A stretch of DNA of 24,441 nt from Desulfurellales bacterium (GTDB lineage: Bacteria; Desulfobacterota; Binatia; HRBIN30; CADEER01), in assembly GCA_037440565.1 (NCBI GenBank), contig JBBITY010000002.1, positions 1,663-26,103 of the forward strand. Direction: 5' to 3'. This document shows, in pieces, positions 9,223 to 17,761 of the stretch. The first letter of the stretch is position 1. Every line of letters starts with the position of its first letter. The position numbers and the translations under genes are program-made. A model generated the notes under the pieces. That model did no database searches and was not told the DNA's origin. It saw nothing but the letters and a program-made list of their open reading frames with translations.

Positions 9223-10033
9223 CGCTGCGCACTCCGACGACCGCTAACGCGTGCGTCTCAGCGGCTGCGAGGAACTCCTCGCGGTCGAGCAGCAAGGTCT
9301 TCCCCGCCTCCAGAGCGAGCACGGCGATGCCGGCTGCCCGACACACCGCCACCGTGTTCACTCCCACCGCCGGGACGTCGAAGCGGAGGTCCTGCCCGGG
9401 CTTGCTCACCTTGACGGCGACCGCACCGCCGTGGCCCAGCTCGCCGCCGCGGCGCAGGGCCGCGTCGGTGCCCTCCAGGGCCTCCACGGCCAGGACGATG
9501 CCGGACTTCACCACCACCGTCTGGCCGATGTCCCACTGCCCGATGCCTTTTGCCACCGCGAGTCCGAGCCGCAGGTCGCGCCACTGCGCGGCGTCCGGCT
9601 CGCGCCGGGTCAGCGGCCCTGCGGGAGTCAAGAGCGACGACAGAAACAGCGTCGATTCGACAACCTGGATGCCCTCGCCCTCCAGTTCCGCTGCCAGTCC
9701 GCGCAGGACGGCATCGTCACTCCACGCCGGCAGCCGCGCCAGCAACCGCGCCCCCCGCTCGTCGGGCGCGAAATGCGCCATCAGCGTCGCCTTGCGAATC
9801 CCACCCGCCATCACCGCGCGCCGCACACCGTGCGATCGCAAGGCGCGCACGATGGCATCGAGCTCGCCGACCTTGATCCAGGTCACCGAGTCAACCCATG
9901 CCGCCAGCTCGGGCTCGGTCTCGCCCTCGTGGGCGACCGCGATCACCCGCACGCCCTCGGCTCTTGCGGTGCGGGAGAAGATCAGCGGGAAGCGGCCGTT
10001 TCCCGCGATCAGACCGACGGGTTCGCTCGGCAT
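9212..10033 (-). CDS. lpxI: UDP-2,3-diacylglucosamine pyrophosphatase (DUF1009)
   Basis: GLIAGNGRFP, DIGQTVVV, LAVEALEGTD, VKVSKPGQDLRFDVPAVG. ATG 10033 has a GAGGAAG-like SD. Confidence 0.93.
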   Translation of the reverse strand: MPSEPVGLIAGNGRFPLIFSRTARAEGVRVIAVAHEGETEPELAAWVDSVTWIKVGELDAIVRALRSHGVRRAVMAGGIRKATLMAHFAPDERGARLLARLPAWSDDAVLRGLAAELEGEGIQVVESTLFLSSLLTPAGPLTRREPDAAQWRDLRLGLAVAKGIGQWDIGQTVVVKSGIVLAVEALEGTDAALRRGGELGHGGAVAVKVSKPGQDLRFDVPAVGVNTVAVCRAAGIAVLALEAGKTLLLDREEFLAAAETHALAVVGVRSDEP

Positions 10034-10097
10034 AGTCTCTTCCTCGCTCCGACCGCCGCACAGACCGCGTGTTGCCATCCGCGCATCGGGGGGATGC

Positions 10098-10880
10098 TCA
10101 GCGGCACACGCCGCGCGCGGAGCGCTCCACAAAGCTGACCAATCGCTCGACCTCGGCACTTTCGGGCTGCTCCTGGCGGATACGGGCCGCCGCCTCGGCG
10201 ACCTTGAGTCCCGACTGGAACATCAGGTGATAGGCGTGCTTGATCGCCCGGATGACCTCGGGGGAAAACCCGCGGCGTTTCAAGCCGACCGTGTTGAGGC
10301 CGTGCAAGCGCGCGCGGTCTCCCGTCGCATTGCAGAAGGGTGGCACGTCCTGCGACACCATCGACCCCGCACCCACAATAGACGATTCGCCAATCCTAAC
10401 AAACTGGTGGACGCCCGCCAGGGCGCCGAGCACAGCGAAGCTCTCCACGGTGACGTGCCCGCCGAGCTGGACGCCGTTCGCCACAATGATGTGGTTCGCC
10501 AGCCGGCAGTCGTGTGCGACATGCGCGTAATTCATCAACAGATTGTCGTCGCCGACTTCCGTGACCAGACCACCACCCGCGGTACCAGGATTGAGCGTGC
10601 AGAACTCGCGGATGCGGTTGCGGTGGCCGATGATCAAGGCGCTGTCCTCGCCCTGGTACTTGAGGTCCTGCGGCGGCGCGCCGATCGAGGCGAACTGAAA
10701 GATGCGGTTTCCTTCGCCGATCGTCGTGCGGCCCTCGATGACCACGTGCGGGCCGATCACCGTGCCTGCGCCGATCCGCACCCGCGGGCCGACGACGCTA
10801 TAGGCACCGACCACCACGTCGGGTGCCAGCTCGGCCTCGGGCGCCACCAGCGCCGTAGGATGCACCCGCGTGCCACCCAT
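10098..10880 (-). CDS. lpxA: Acyl-ACP:UDP-GlcNAc O-acyltransferase
   Basis: Hexapeptide repeats, PQDLKY, HVAHDC, LGGHV, VHQF, QDVPPF, GLKRRGF. Confidence 0.97.
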   Translation of the reverse strand: MGGTRVHPTALVAPEAELAPDVVVGAYSVVGPRVRIGAGTVIGPHVVIEGRTTIGEGNRIFQFASIGAPPQDLKYQGEDSALIIGHRNRIREFCTLNPGTAGGGLVTEVGDDNLLMNYAHVAHDCRLANHIIVANGVQLGGHVTVESFAVLGALAGVHQFVRIGESSIVGAGSMVSQDVPPFCNATGDRARLHGLNTVGLKRRGFSPEVIRAIKHAYHLMFQSGLKVAEAAARIRQEQPESAEVERLVSFVERSARGVCR

Positions 10881-10916
10881 CAGCCCGTGACTACAGAACG
10901 CGCTTGCCCACTGGTG

Positions 10917-11435
10917 TTACTGCTGCTTCTTCTTGTTGTAAGCCTCAATGATCTTGTCCGTCAGGTCCACCTCGGGGGCACCGTACAAGACGCTGCTGCT
11001 GGACTGCTCGAGGATGACCGTATAACCGCCTTGGCGGCCGAACTCCTCGATCACCACCTGCAGTTCCTTCAACAGCTCGTTGGTCAGCTCGCTGTCTTTC
11101 GTCTGGAGCTCGCTTTGCGAGTCCTTGTAGCTGCGCTCGAAATCGCGCAGCCGGCGCTGGTAGTCCTTCTCCAGGTTGCGGCGCTCCTCCTCTTTGATCA
11201 CCAGCGCCTTCTTCTCCAGTTGGCTCTTGAGCGCATCGAGCTCGTCCTTCTGCTTCTTGAGCTCGACCTGCAGGCGGTCGACCTGCACCTTGAATTGTTC
11301 CTTCGCCTTCTTGCCAGCGGCGGAATCGTTGAGCGCGCGCTGCAGATCGACGTAGCCGATCTTGACGGGCTGTTGTTGTCCCGATGCCGCCGTCGCCAGC
11401 CACAGCGCCAGCGCCAGGGCATGCCACACTTTCAT
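10917..11435 (-). CDS. skp: Periplasmic chaperone Skp/OmpH
   Basis: Signal peptide MKVWHALALALWLATAASG, KIGYVDLQRAL, long coiled coil, YTVILE..VLYG..VDLTDKII. GAGGAGG SD. Confidence 0.95.
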   Translation of the reverse strand: MKVWHALALALWLATAASGQQQPVKIGYVDLQRALNDSAAGKKAKEQFKVQVDRLQVELKKQKDELDALKSQLEKKALVIKEEERRNLEKDYQRRLRDFERSYKDSQSELQTKDSELTNELLKELQVVIEEFGRQGGYTVILEQSSSSVLYGAPEVDLTDKIIEAYNKKKQQ

Positions 11436-11461
11436 GATGCTGCCTCCTCTTGCATCTCTTC

Positions 11462-13852
11462 TCACGGCGGGCCGCCAAAGGAAAACAGGACCGCCTGTGT
11501 ATCGTCGCCCACTCGGGGGTTGAGCGGGAACCCCACTTCGATGCGCAGCGGACCGATCGGCGAGAGCCAGCGCACGCCCGTGCCGACGGCCATGCGCATG
11601 TCGGTGAAATCGATCCCCTGCGCAGCGGAGAAGGCCTCGCCGGCATCGAAGAACAGCACGCCCTTCAAACCCAGGGCCTGCACAATGGGGAAGACGATTT
11701 CGTTGTTGAAGATCAGTTCGTGGCTGCCGCCGATCACGTCGCGCCGGATCAGTTGCGCGCACTGGTCGGGCGCCTCCAGACTGCAGCGACTGCTCGGTTC
11801 CCGGCGTTGGGCAAACACCGGCACGCGCGGACCCAGCGACCGCACCCGAAAGCCGCGAATCGAGTTGATGCCGCCGGGGAAATAGCGTTCGAACAGCGGC
11901 AGCTCGCGCTGGTCGCCGTATCCGAGGCCGTAGCCGAACGTCCATCCCGTCGAGAAGGTCGTGGTACCCAAGCGCGCGCTCTCCCAGATCGGCCGGTACC
12001 AGCGCGCCCGGGACTCGGCCTTAAAGAACTTGCTGCTGCCGCCGAGCCCGGCGAACTCGAACGAGAAGTCCTGTAGCGAGCCCGCTGTCGGATCGAACGG
12101 ATGGTTGCGCGTGTCGCGGAACACGCGCGGGATGATGCTGCTGGTCAGGCTCGTACCCTGTTCGGCGCGGATGACCGAGGCGGCGGTCCGACTGACATCA
12201 CTGATCTCGGCCTGCTCGATGCGATATTCGAGTCCGAAGCGGGTGTCGACCAGCGACACTCCCCATAGCGAGTTCCATCCCAGCGCCGTGAAGGGGTACA
12301 GGGTGCGAATGCCCCCGCCAGTGCCGCCGCGCGTGAACTCGTCGAAGATCAGCTCCCAGTTGTAGGCGTCGGCACCCACGGTCAGCTCCGAATCGAGGAA
12401 GTACGGCTCCGTGAAGCTGAGGCTCAGGTTGCGCCGGATGGAGCCGAAGTCGGCGTTGAGCACCAACCGCTGCCCGCGCCCGAAGAGGTTGATCTCCTGC
12501 AGGCGGACGTTGAACAAGAACGCCTCGCCCGAGCTGATGCCGGCCCCGGCCGAGAAGGCGCCGGTGGAGCCCTCCTTCACGTCGACCACGACGTCGAGCC
12601 GGTCCTCGCTGTCGGCCTTGCGGGTGGTGACGTTGACGTCCTCGAAGAACCCGAGGCGGCGCAAGCGCTCCTGACTGCGACGGAGTTTGGAGCCGGAGAA
12701 GCGCTGCTGTTCTTGCAGCTCCATCTCGCGCCGGATCACCTTGTCGCGGGTCTTGGTATTGCCGCTGATCTCAATGCGGTCGATGAACACCTCCGGGCCG
12801 CGGGTGATGCGATAGGTGACGCCGACCTGTTTGGCAGCGGCGTCGACGTCCGTCTCCGGCGTGACGTTGACAAACGCGTAACCGCGGTCCCCGTACACCT
12901 CCGTGAGGGCGTTCATGTCGTCGCGCATCTTGCTCGGGCGGAAGGTCTCTCCGGTCTTGGCGGTCAGCCGTGCCCGCAGCGCCTCCGCATCAGGCAACAC
13001 CTCCCCGCTGAGCCTGACATCGCCGAAGGCATACACCTGCCCTTCATCGATCTTGAAGGTGACGGAGATGCCCTTCGGCTCCCGTTGAATCACGGGCTCG
13101 TCGATCCGCACGTCGATGTACCCGTGCTCATAGTAGTATGCGGTGAGGCGCTCCGTGTCGGTGTTGAGCACCTCACGGTCGAGGTTGCCGGCGCCGGTGA
13201 TGAACGACAGAAACCATCGTTCCTTGGTCGCCATCACCTTCTTGAGCTGGCGGGCGGAGAAGGCGCGGTTCCCCTCGAAGATCAAGCTGTGGATGCGCAC
13301 GGGTTTGCCTTCGTCAACGACGAAGGTCAGGCTCACCTCGTTTTCCCCCACCGGTGTGGTTTCGTAGCGGATGCTGGCGTCCAGGTAGGCCTTTTTTTCA
13401 TACAGCTTTTTCGCTTCTTCGATGCCGCGCCGGGCCTTCTCGGGATCGAGAATGGTATTGGGCCGCGCCCGCAGGGCGGCTTCCAGTTCCTCGCGGTCGA
13501 TTTTCTTCGCCCCCTCGACTTTCACCTCCCGCACGAACGGCCGTTCCACGACGCGATAGGTCAAGACGCGGCGGCTGTCTTCCTCGCTCAGCTCAGCCTG
13601 AACGTCGCTGAAGAAGCCCATACGATAGAGGGCGCGAAGGTCGGCATCAATCATCTCTTCGCTCACGTCAGCGCCTGCCTGAGCGCTCAGGCGTACGCGA
13701 ATCGCCTCCTCCTCGACGCGCTGATTGCCGGCGATGACAATCCGGTCGATGCGCCCCAGGTTCCGCGCGTCCACGCCTCCTGCCGGCGCGGCGAGCCCTA
13801 CCGCGGACAGCACAACCAGCAGTGCTCGCACGCCTTGCCCAAGAGGTTGCAT
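11462..13852 (-). CDS. bamA: Outer-membrane protein assembly factor
   Basis: Signal peptide, POTRA repeats (GNQRVEEEAIR, FEGNRAFS, ISGNTKTRDKVIRRE), GSTGAFSAGAG, NLFGRGQ, IRGF lid-lock motif, RWLSPIGPLR. Start at ATG 13852. Confidence 0.97.
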   Translation of the reverse strand: MQPLGQGVRALLVVLSAVGLAAPAGGVDARNLGRIDRIVIAGNQRVEEEAIRVRLSAQAGADVSEEMIDADLRALYRMGFFSDVQAELSEEDSRRVLTYRVVERPFVREVKVEGAKKIDREELEAALRARPNTILDPEKARRGIEEAKKLYEKKAYLDASIRYETTPVGENEVSLTFVVDEGKPVRIHSLIFEGNRAFSARQLKKVMATKERWFLSFITGAGNLDREVLNTDTERLTAYYYEHGYIDVRIDEPVIQREPKGISVTFKIDEGQVYAFGDVRLSGEVLPDAEALRARLTAKTGETFRPSKMRDDMNALTEVYGDRGYAFVNVTPETDVDAAAKQVGVTYRITRGPEVFIDRIEISGNTKTRDKVIRREMELQEQQRFSGSKLRRSQERLRRLGFFEDVNVTTRKADSEDRLDVVVDVKEGSTGAFSAGAGISSGEAFLFNVRLQEINLFGRGQRLVLNADFGSIRRNLSLSFTEPYFLDSELTVGADAYNWELIFDEFTRGGTGGGIRTLYPFTALGWNSLWGVSLVDTRFGLEYRIEQAEISDVSRTAASVIRAEQGTSLTSSIIPRVFRDTRNHPFDPTAGSLQDFSFEFAGLGGSSKFFKAESRARWYRPIWESARLGTTTFSTGWTFGYGLGYGDQRELPLFERYFPGGINSIRGFRVRSLGPRVPVFAQRREPSSRCSLEAPDQCAQLIRRDVIGGSHELIFNNEIVFPIVQALGLKGVLFFDAGEAFSAAQGIDFTDMRMAVGTGVRWLSPIGPLRIEVGFPLNPRVGDDTQAVLFSFGGPP

Positions 13853-13900
13853 CAAAATGGTGGGACCCCTACCAGACCGGTCCGCAATGAGCAACGCGCG

Positions 13901-14070
13901 CGGGAGCGGGGCCGAGGCGGTCTCGCGGCGCCACTCCCCGTTGGCTCGGCGCTTGTGAAAATCCCCCGGGGAGGAGCACGGCTCCCCCCTCGAGAATGGC
14001 GCCGGCACACCGCCGCTCCACTGGCGAGGGCGGGAGCACCGCTCCCGCCCGTCCGCCGGTGCTCCCGCCC
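13901..14070. repeat. Cluster of GC-rich inverted repeats in the lolD-bamA gap
   Basis: gggcgggagc-acc-gctcccgccc (14028-14050, perfect 10 bp); gggcgggagcaccg (14028-14041) vs cggtgctcccgccc (14057-14070, perfect 14 bp); ggagc-acg-gctcc (13973-13985); cggcgcca (13926-13933) vs tggcgccg (13997-14004); gccgag (13911-13916) vs ctcggc (13945-13950). Confidence 0.8.
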
Positions 14071-14098
14071 GTGCCCGCCTGAATTTCTTCGCACGTTC

Positions 14099-14773
14099 TC
14101 AGAACAACCGCCCGTCGCGCAATTGAAGCGTCCGGTCGGCCAGCGCTGCCAGGCGGTCGTTGTGGGTGACGATTACCAGCGTGATCCCTCGCGTACGGTT
14201 CAGCTCGATCAACAACTGGTGGACCTCTTCCGCCGTCGCCGGGTCCAGGTTGCCGGTCGGCTCGTCGGCGAGAATCGCCCGGGGCGACATGACCACCGCC
14301 CGGGCCACCGCCACCCGCTGCTGTTCGCCGCCGGACAGCTCGCCCGGTTTATGTCCGACGCGGTGGCCGAGCCCCACCTGCTCCAGCACGGCACGGGCGC
14401 GCGCCGCCGCTTCGTCCCAGCCCACGCCACCGATAAGGGCCGGCATCATCGTATTTTCGAGCGCGGAGAAGTCGGGCAGCAGGTGATGGAACTGGAAGAC
14501 GAACCCGATCTCGCGGTTGCGGAGCAGTGCCAGTTGCCGCTCGTCAAGCTGTGCCAGGTTGACGCCGTCGAACAAGACCTCGCCCGCCGTGGGACGGTCC
14601 AACGCCCCGAGGACGTGCAGCAACGTGCTCTTGCCGACTCCCGACTGGCCGACGATGACGAGCTTCTCGCCGGGCGGCACCGCCAGGTTCAAATGCATCA
14701 GCACCTCGACGCGGTGTCGGTCGCCGTAGACCTTGGAGAGGTCGACGGCGCGGATGAGCGCCGCGTCACTCAT
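14099..14773 (-). CDS. lolD: Lipoprotein-releasing ABC ATPase
   Basis: [50 protein letters not shown]. Confidence 0.95.
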   Translation of the reverse strand: MSDAALIRAVDLSKVYGDRHRVEVLMHLNLAVPPGEKLVIVGQSGVGKSTLLHVLGALDRPTAGEVLFDGVNLAQLDERQLALLRNREIGFVFQFHHLLPDFSALENTMMPALIGGVGWDEAAARARAVLEQVGLGHRVGHKPGELSGGEQQRVAVARAVVMSPRAILADEPTGNLDPATAEEVHQLLIELNRTRGITLVIVTHNDRLAALADRTLQLRDGRLF

Positions 14774-16022
14774 AGCGGATGATGTCGACCGGCACCAACC
14801 GGGCGGCCTGCCGAGCCGGGTACACGCTGGCGAGCAGGCAAATGATCAACGAGGCCAGTGTGACCAGCCCAAAGTATTCGCCATAGATGCGCACCGGCAG
14901 CGTTGAGACGTAAAAGACGTCAGGAGGCAGCTCGATGAATTGGTAGCGGCGGAGCGCCCAACACGCCGCGTAGCCCCCCAGGTTGCCGAGCGCCGTGCCC
15001 ACCGCACCGATCACCAGTCCCTTGAAGACAAAGATCGCGCCAATGCCGGCGCGGGTCGCGCCCATCGACTTGAGCACGGCGATGTCCTTTCGCTTCTCCA
15101 TGACCACCATGATCAGCGTCGCGACGATGTTGAAGGCGGCCACCAGCACGATCAGCAGGAGGACCACGAAATACACGGTTTTCTCGAGCTTGAGCGCTGA
15201 AAACAGGTTGTGGTTCATTTCCATCCAGTCCCGCACCCGATACGGGAATCCCAAACGCGCGGCGATGTCCGCCCCGACCCGGCGGGCGTCGTACAGATCC
15301 GCAACCTGCACCTCCACGCCCGTCACCCCATCGTCCAACCGAAAGAAGCGCTGCGCGTCGGGGAGGTTCACGTAGGCCAGGGAGCTATCGTACTCGGACA
15401 TCCCCGAGTCAAACAGGCCGACGACCGCGAACCGCTTGATGCGGGGCACCATTCCAACGGCCGTTGGCGTCCCCACCGGGGAGACCACGCTGACCGGATC
15501 GCCGACCGCGACGCCGAGTTGGCGGGCCAACGTCTGGCCCAAAATGATGCCGGGCAGCTCCACTGCGGCGCCCCCTTCGGCGTCCCGGGGGACCGCGTGG
15601 CGGGTCGCGAGCCCCTCGATCTGGCCTTCGGTCAGGTGGTGGGCGAAATCGATCGCGCCATCGGGGCCGGGCACCACGCCGCGCAGCAAGGCCCCCGCGA
15701 CCGTCTCTGGCGTCGAGATCATCACCTGCCCATAGACGAAGGGGGCAGCGGTGACGACGCCGGGAACGGCCTGCACGCGGCCCAGCACGCTCGGATAATT
15801 GCTGACGGTGCCGCTGTAACTGAGGACGAGCACGTGCGGGCTGAAGCCGAGGATGCGATCGCGCAGATCTTCCTCGAAGCCCGTCATCACTGCCAGCACC
15901 ACGGTCAGCGTCATCACGCCGATAGCGACACCTCCCGTGGCAATGAGGGTGATCAGGGAAATGAAGGCTTCCTGGCGCTTGGCGCGCAGGTAGCGGAGGC
16001 CAATGAACAGCGCGTAGCGCAT
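14766..16022 (-). CDS. lolC/E: Lipoprotein-releasing ABC permease; single LolC/E-type subunit (LolF-like arrangement)
   Basis: [74 protein letters not shown]. Confidence 0.93.
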   Translation of the reverse strand: MRYALFIGLRYLRAKRQEAFISLITLIATGGVAIGVMTLTVVLAVMTGFEEDLRDRILGFSPHVLVLSYSGTVSNYPSVLGRVQAVPGVVTAAPFVYGQVMISTPETVAGALLRGVVPGPDGAIDFAHHLTEGQIEGLATRHAVPRDAEGGAAVELPGIILGQTLARQLGVAVGDPVSVVSPVGTPTAVGMVPRIKRFAVVGLFDSGMSEYDSSLAYVNLPDAQRFFRLDDGVTGVEVQVADLYDARRVGADIAARLGFPYRVRDWMEMNHNLFSALKLEKTVYFVVLLLIVLVAAFNIVATLIMVVMEKRKDIAVLKSMGATRAGIGAIFVFKGLVIGAVGTALGNLGGYAACWALRRYQFIELPPDVFYVSTLPVRIYGEYFGLVTLASLIICLLASVYPARQAARLVPVDIIRYE

Positions 16023-16050
16023 CGTCCCGAAGGGCCACGGGGCCCCGCGC

Positions 16051-17565
16051 TCACCGCCGCTCGGGGCGCATGTGCGGAAAGAGGATGACGTCGCGGATGG
16101 ACGGCGAATCGGTCAGCAACATGACCAGTCGGTCCACGCCGACGCCTTCGCCGGCAGCCGGCGGCATTCCGTGCTCGAGCGCGCGCAAAAAGTCCTCGTC
16201 CATCGCGTGCGCTTCTTCGTCGCCGGCGGCGCGCTGTCGCAACTGGGCTTCCAGACGCGCTCGTTGATCATCCGGATCGTTGAGTTCCGAGAAGGCATTG
16301 GCCATTTCGCGCCCGGCGATGTAGAGTTCGAATCGGTCGACGAAGTGCGGCCGCTGCTCGTTGCGGCGCGCGAGCGGTGACACGGCCACCGGGTAGTGGT
16401 AGACGAACGTCGGCTGGATCAGCTCCGGTCCGGCCAGTGCTTCGAAGAGGTCCGTCAACAGGTACGCAGCGGCGCCCTCACCGTAGTGGCCTTCGTAATC
16501 CACCTTCGCGCCGAACCCAGCCCGCTGGGCGGCCGCCCTCAGAACACCGAGATCGAGAGCCAGTACGCCCTCGAGTGGTACCTGCGCCCGTTCCGCCACG
16601 TACTCGGGAAGGCACAGGCGGCGCCACGGCGGGGTGAGATCGATCGGCATGCCACCGTAGGTGAGCTGACGGCTCCCGATCACCGCATCCGCCACCCCGA
16701 CGAACAGCTCCTCGGTCAACCGCATGAGATCCTCGTAGGTGGCGTAGGCCTGATAGAATTCAAGCATGGTGAACTCGGGATTGTGCAGCGTCGACACCCC
16801 CTCGTTGCGGAACACGCGGTTGAGTTCGAACACGCGCTCGAAGCCGCCGACCAGCAGGCGTTTCAAGTACAGCTCCGGGGCGATGCGCAGGTACAGATCG
16901 ATGTCGAGCGCGTTGTGGTGGGTAACGAACGGGCGCGCCGCGGCGCCCCCGGCGACCGGCTGCATCATGGGCGTTTCCGCCTCGATGAAGTCGCGCTCGA
17001 CGAAAAACCGCCGCAGATACTGAACGATCTCGGCGCGGCGACGAAACGTCGCGCGCACGGCCTCGTTGCCGATCAGATCGAGGTAGCGCTGTCGATAGCG
17101 CGCCTCGACGTCGGTCAGGCCGTGCCACTTCTCCGGCAGCGGGCGCAAGGCCTTGGCGAGCAGCCGCACCTGCTGAGCCTCCACCGTGAGCTCGTCGGTC
17201 TTCGTGCGGAACGGGCGCCCGACGATGCCGGCGAAGTCGCCGACGTCCATCTGCTTGAACACCGCGAACGCCTGTTCCCCGACGCTGTCGCGCTTGACGT
17301 AGGCTTGCAGGCGCCCGGCGCGATCCTGGAGGTGCAAGAACGAAGCGCGGCCGAAGTCGCGCCGCGCGATCACGCGCCCTGCCACCGCCACCACCGCGCG
17401 GTTCTCCGCGAGGCGCTCGGGCGTAAGGCCGCCGAACTGGACCCCCACCTCCGCCGTCGTGTGCGTCGGGGTGAAGTCGTTCGGGAAGGCATTCACTCCC
17501 TTGGCGCGCACCGCAGCTAACTTGCGCCGCCGCGCCGCGAGCAGATCGGTTACTTCGGCGTCCAC
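16051..17565 (-). CDS. lysS: Lysyl-tRNA synthetase, class II
   Basis: N-terminal OB-fold, RYRQRYLDL, LYLRIAPELYLKRL, FRNEG, HNPEFTMLEFY, GMPP..G.GVGVDRL. GTG start. Confidence 0.98.
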   Translation of the reverse strand: MDAEVTDLLAARRRKLAAVRAKGVNAFPNDFTPTHTTAEVGVQFGGLTPERLAENRAVVAVAGRVIARRDFGRASFLHLQDRAGRLQAYVKRDSVGEQAFAVFKQMDVGDFAGIVGRPFRTKTDELTVEAQQVRLLAKALRPLPEKWHGLTDVEARYRQRYLDLIGNEAVRATFRRRAEIVQYLRRFFVERDFIEAETPMMQPVAGGAAARPFVTHHNALDIDLYLRIAPELYLKRLLVGGFERVFELNRVFRNEGVSTLHNPEFTMLEFYQAYATYEDLMRLTEELFVGVADAVIGSRQLTYGGMPIDLTPPWRRLCLPEYVAERAQVPLEGVLALDLGVLRAAAQRAGFGAKVDYEGHYGEGAAAYLLTDLFEALAGPELIQPTFVYHYPVAVSPLARRNEQRPHFVDRFELYIAGREMANAFSELNDPDDQRARLEAQLRQRAAGDEEAHAMDEDFLRALEHGMPPAAGEGVGVDRLVMLLTDSPSIRDVILFPHMRPERR

Positions 17566-17637
17566 GGCGTGCTACCCAGTCCCCGCCGCTTAACCGAGAC
17601 CTACCAGGGAGTCAAGGTGACGGCGTCGCCGGTGTTG

Positions 17638-17657
17638 TCCCAAATTCGGAATTGGGA
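17638..17657. promoter_or_regulatory. 20-bp dyad TCCCAA-N8-TTGGGA in the lysS/ttuB divergent region; candidate operator
   Basis: TCCCAAATTCGGAATTGGGA, 16/20 positions self-complementary; AT-rich against a GC-rich background. Confidence 0.4.
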
Positions 17658-17721
17658 TGCGCCGCATCGGCGCGTACGGCGCACGAACATGCACCGGGGG
17701 CTCGGTTGCTCGCCGGGCGAA

Positions 17722-17750
17722 TTGACAGCCAGAGGCCTTTCCCCTATTGT
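17722..17750 (+). promoter_or_regulatory. sigma70-type promoter for the ttuB-ttuA-trmI operon
   Basis: TTGACA (17722-17727), exactly 17 nt, TATTGT (17745-17750), then a GC-rich discriminator. Confidence 0.75.
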
Positions 17751-17761
17751 CCCGCCGCTCC

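Noticed and set aside
9099-11885. 928-aa plus-strand ORF
   Set aside because: Antisense shadow of lpxI/lpxA/skp/bamA. It has no domain motifs, and stop-poor reverse frames are expected with high GC at third codon positions.
12713-14782. 689-aa plus-strand ORF
   Set aside because: Antisense to bamA and lolD, which have clear motifs; no independent coding evidence.
17587-17615. Minus-strand TTGACT as a lysS -35
   Set aside because: The hexamer 17 nt downstream is TAAGCG, lacking the conserved final T. Possible, but too weak to call.
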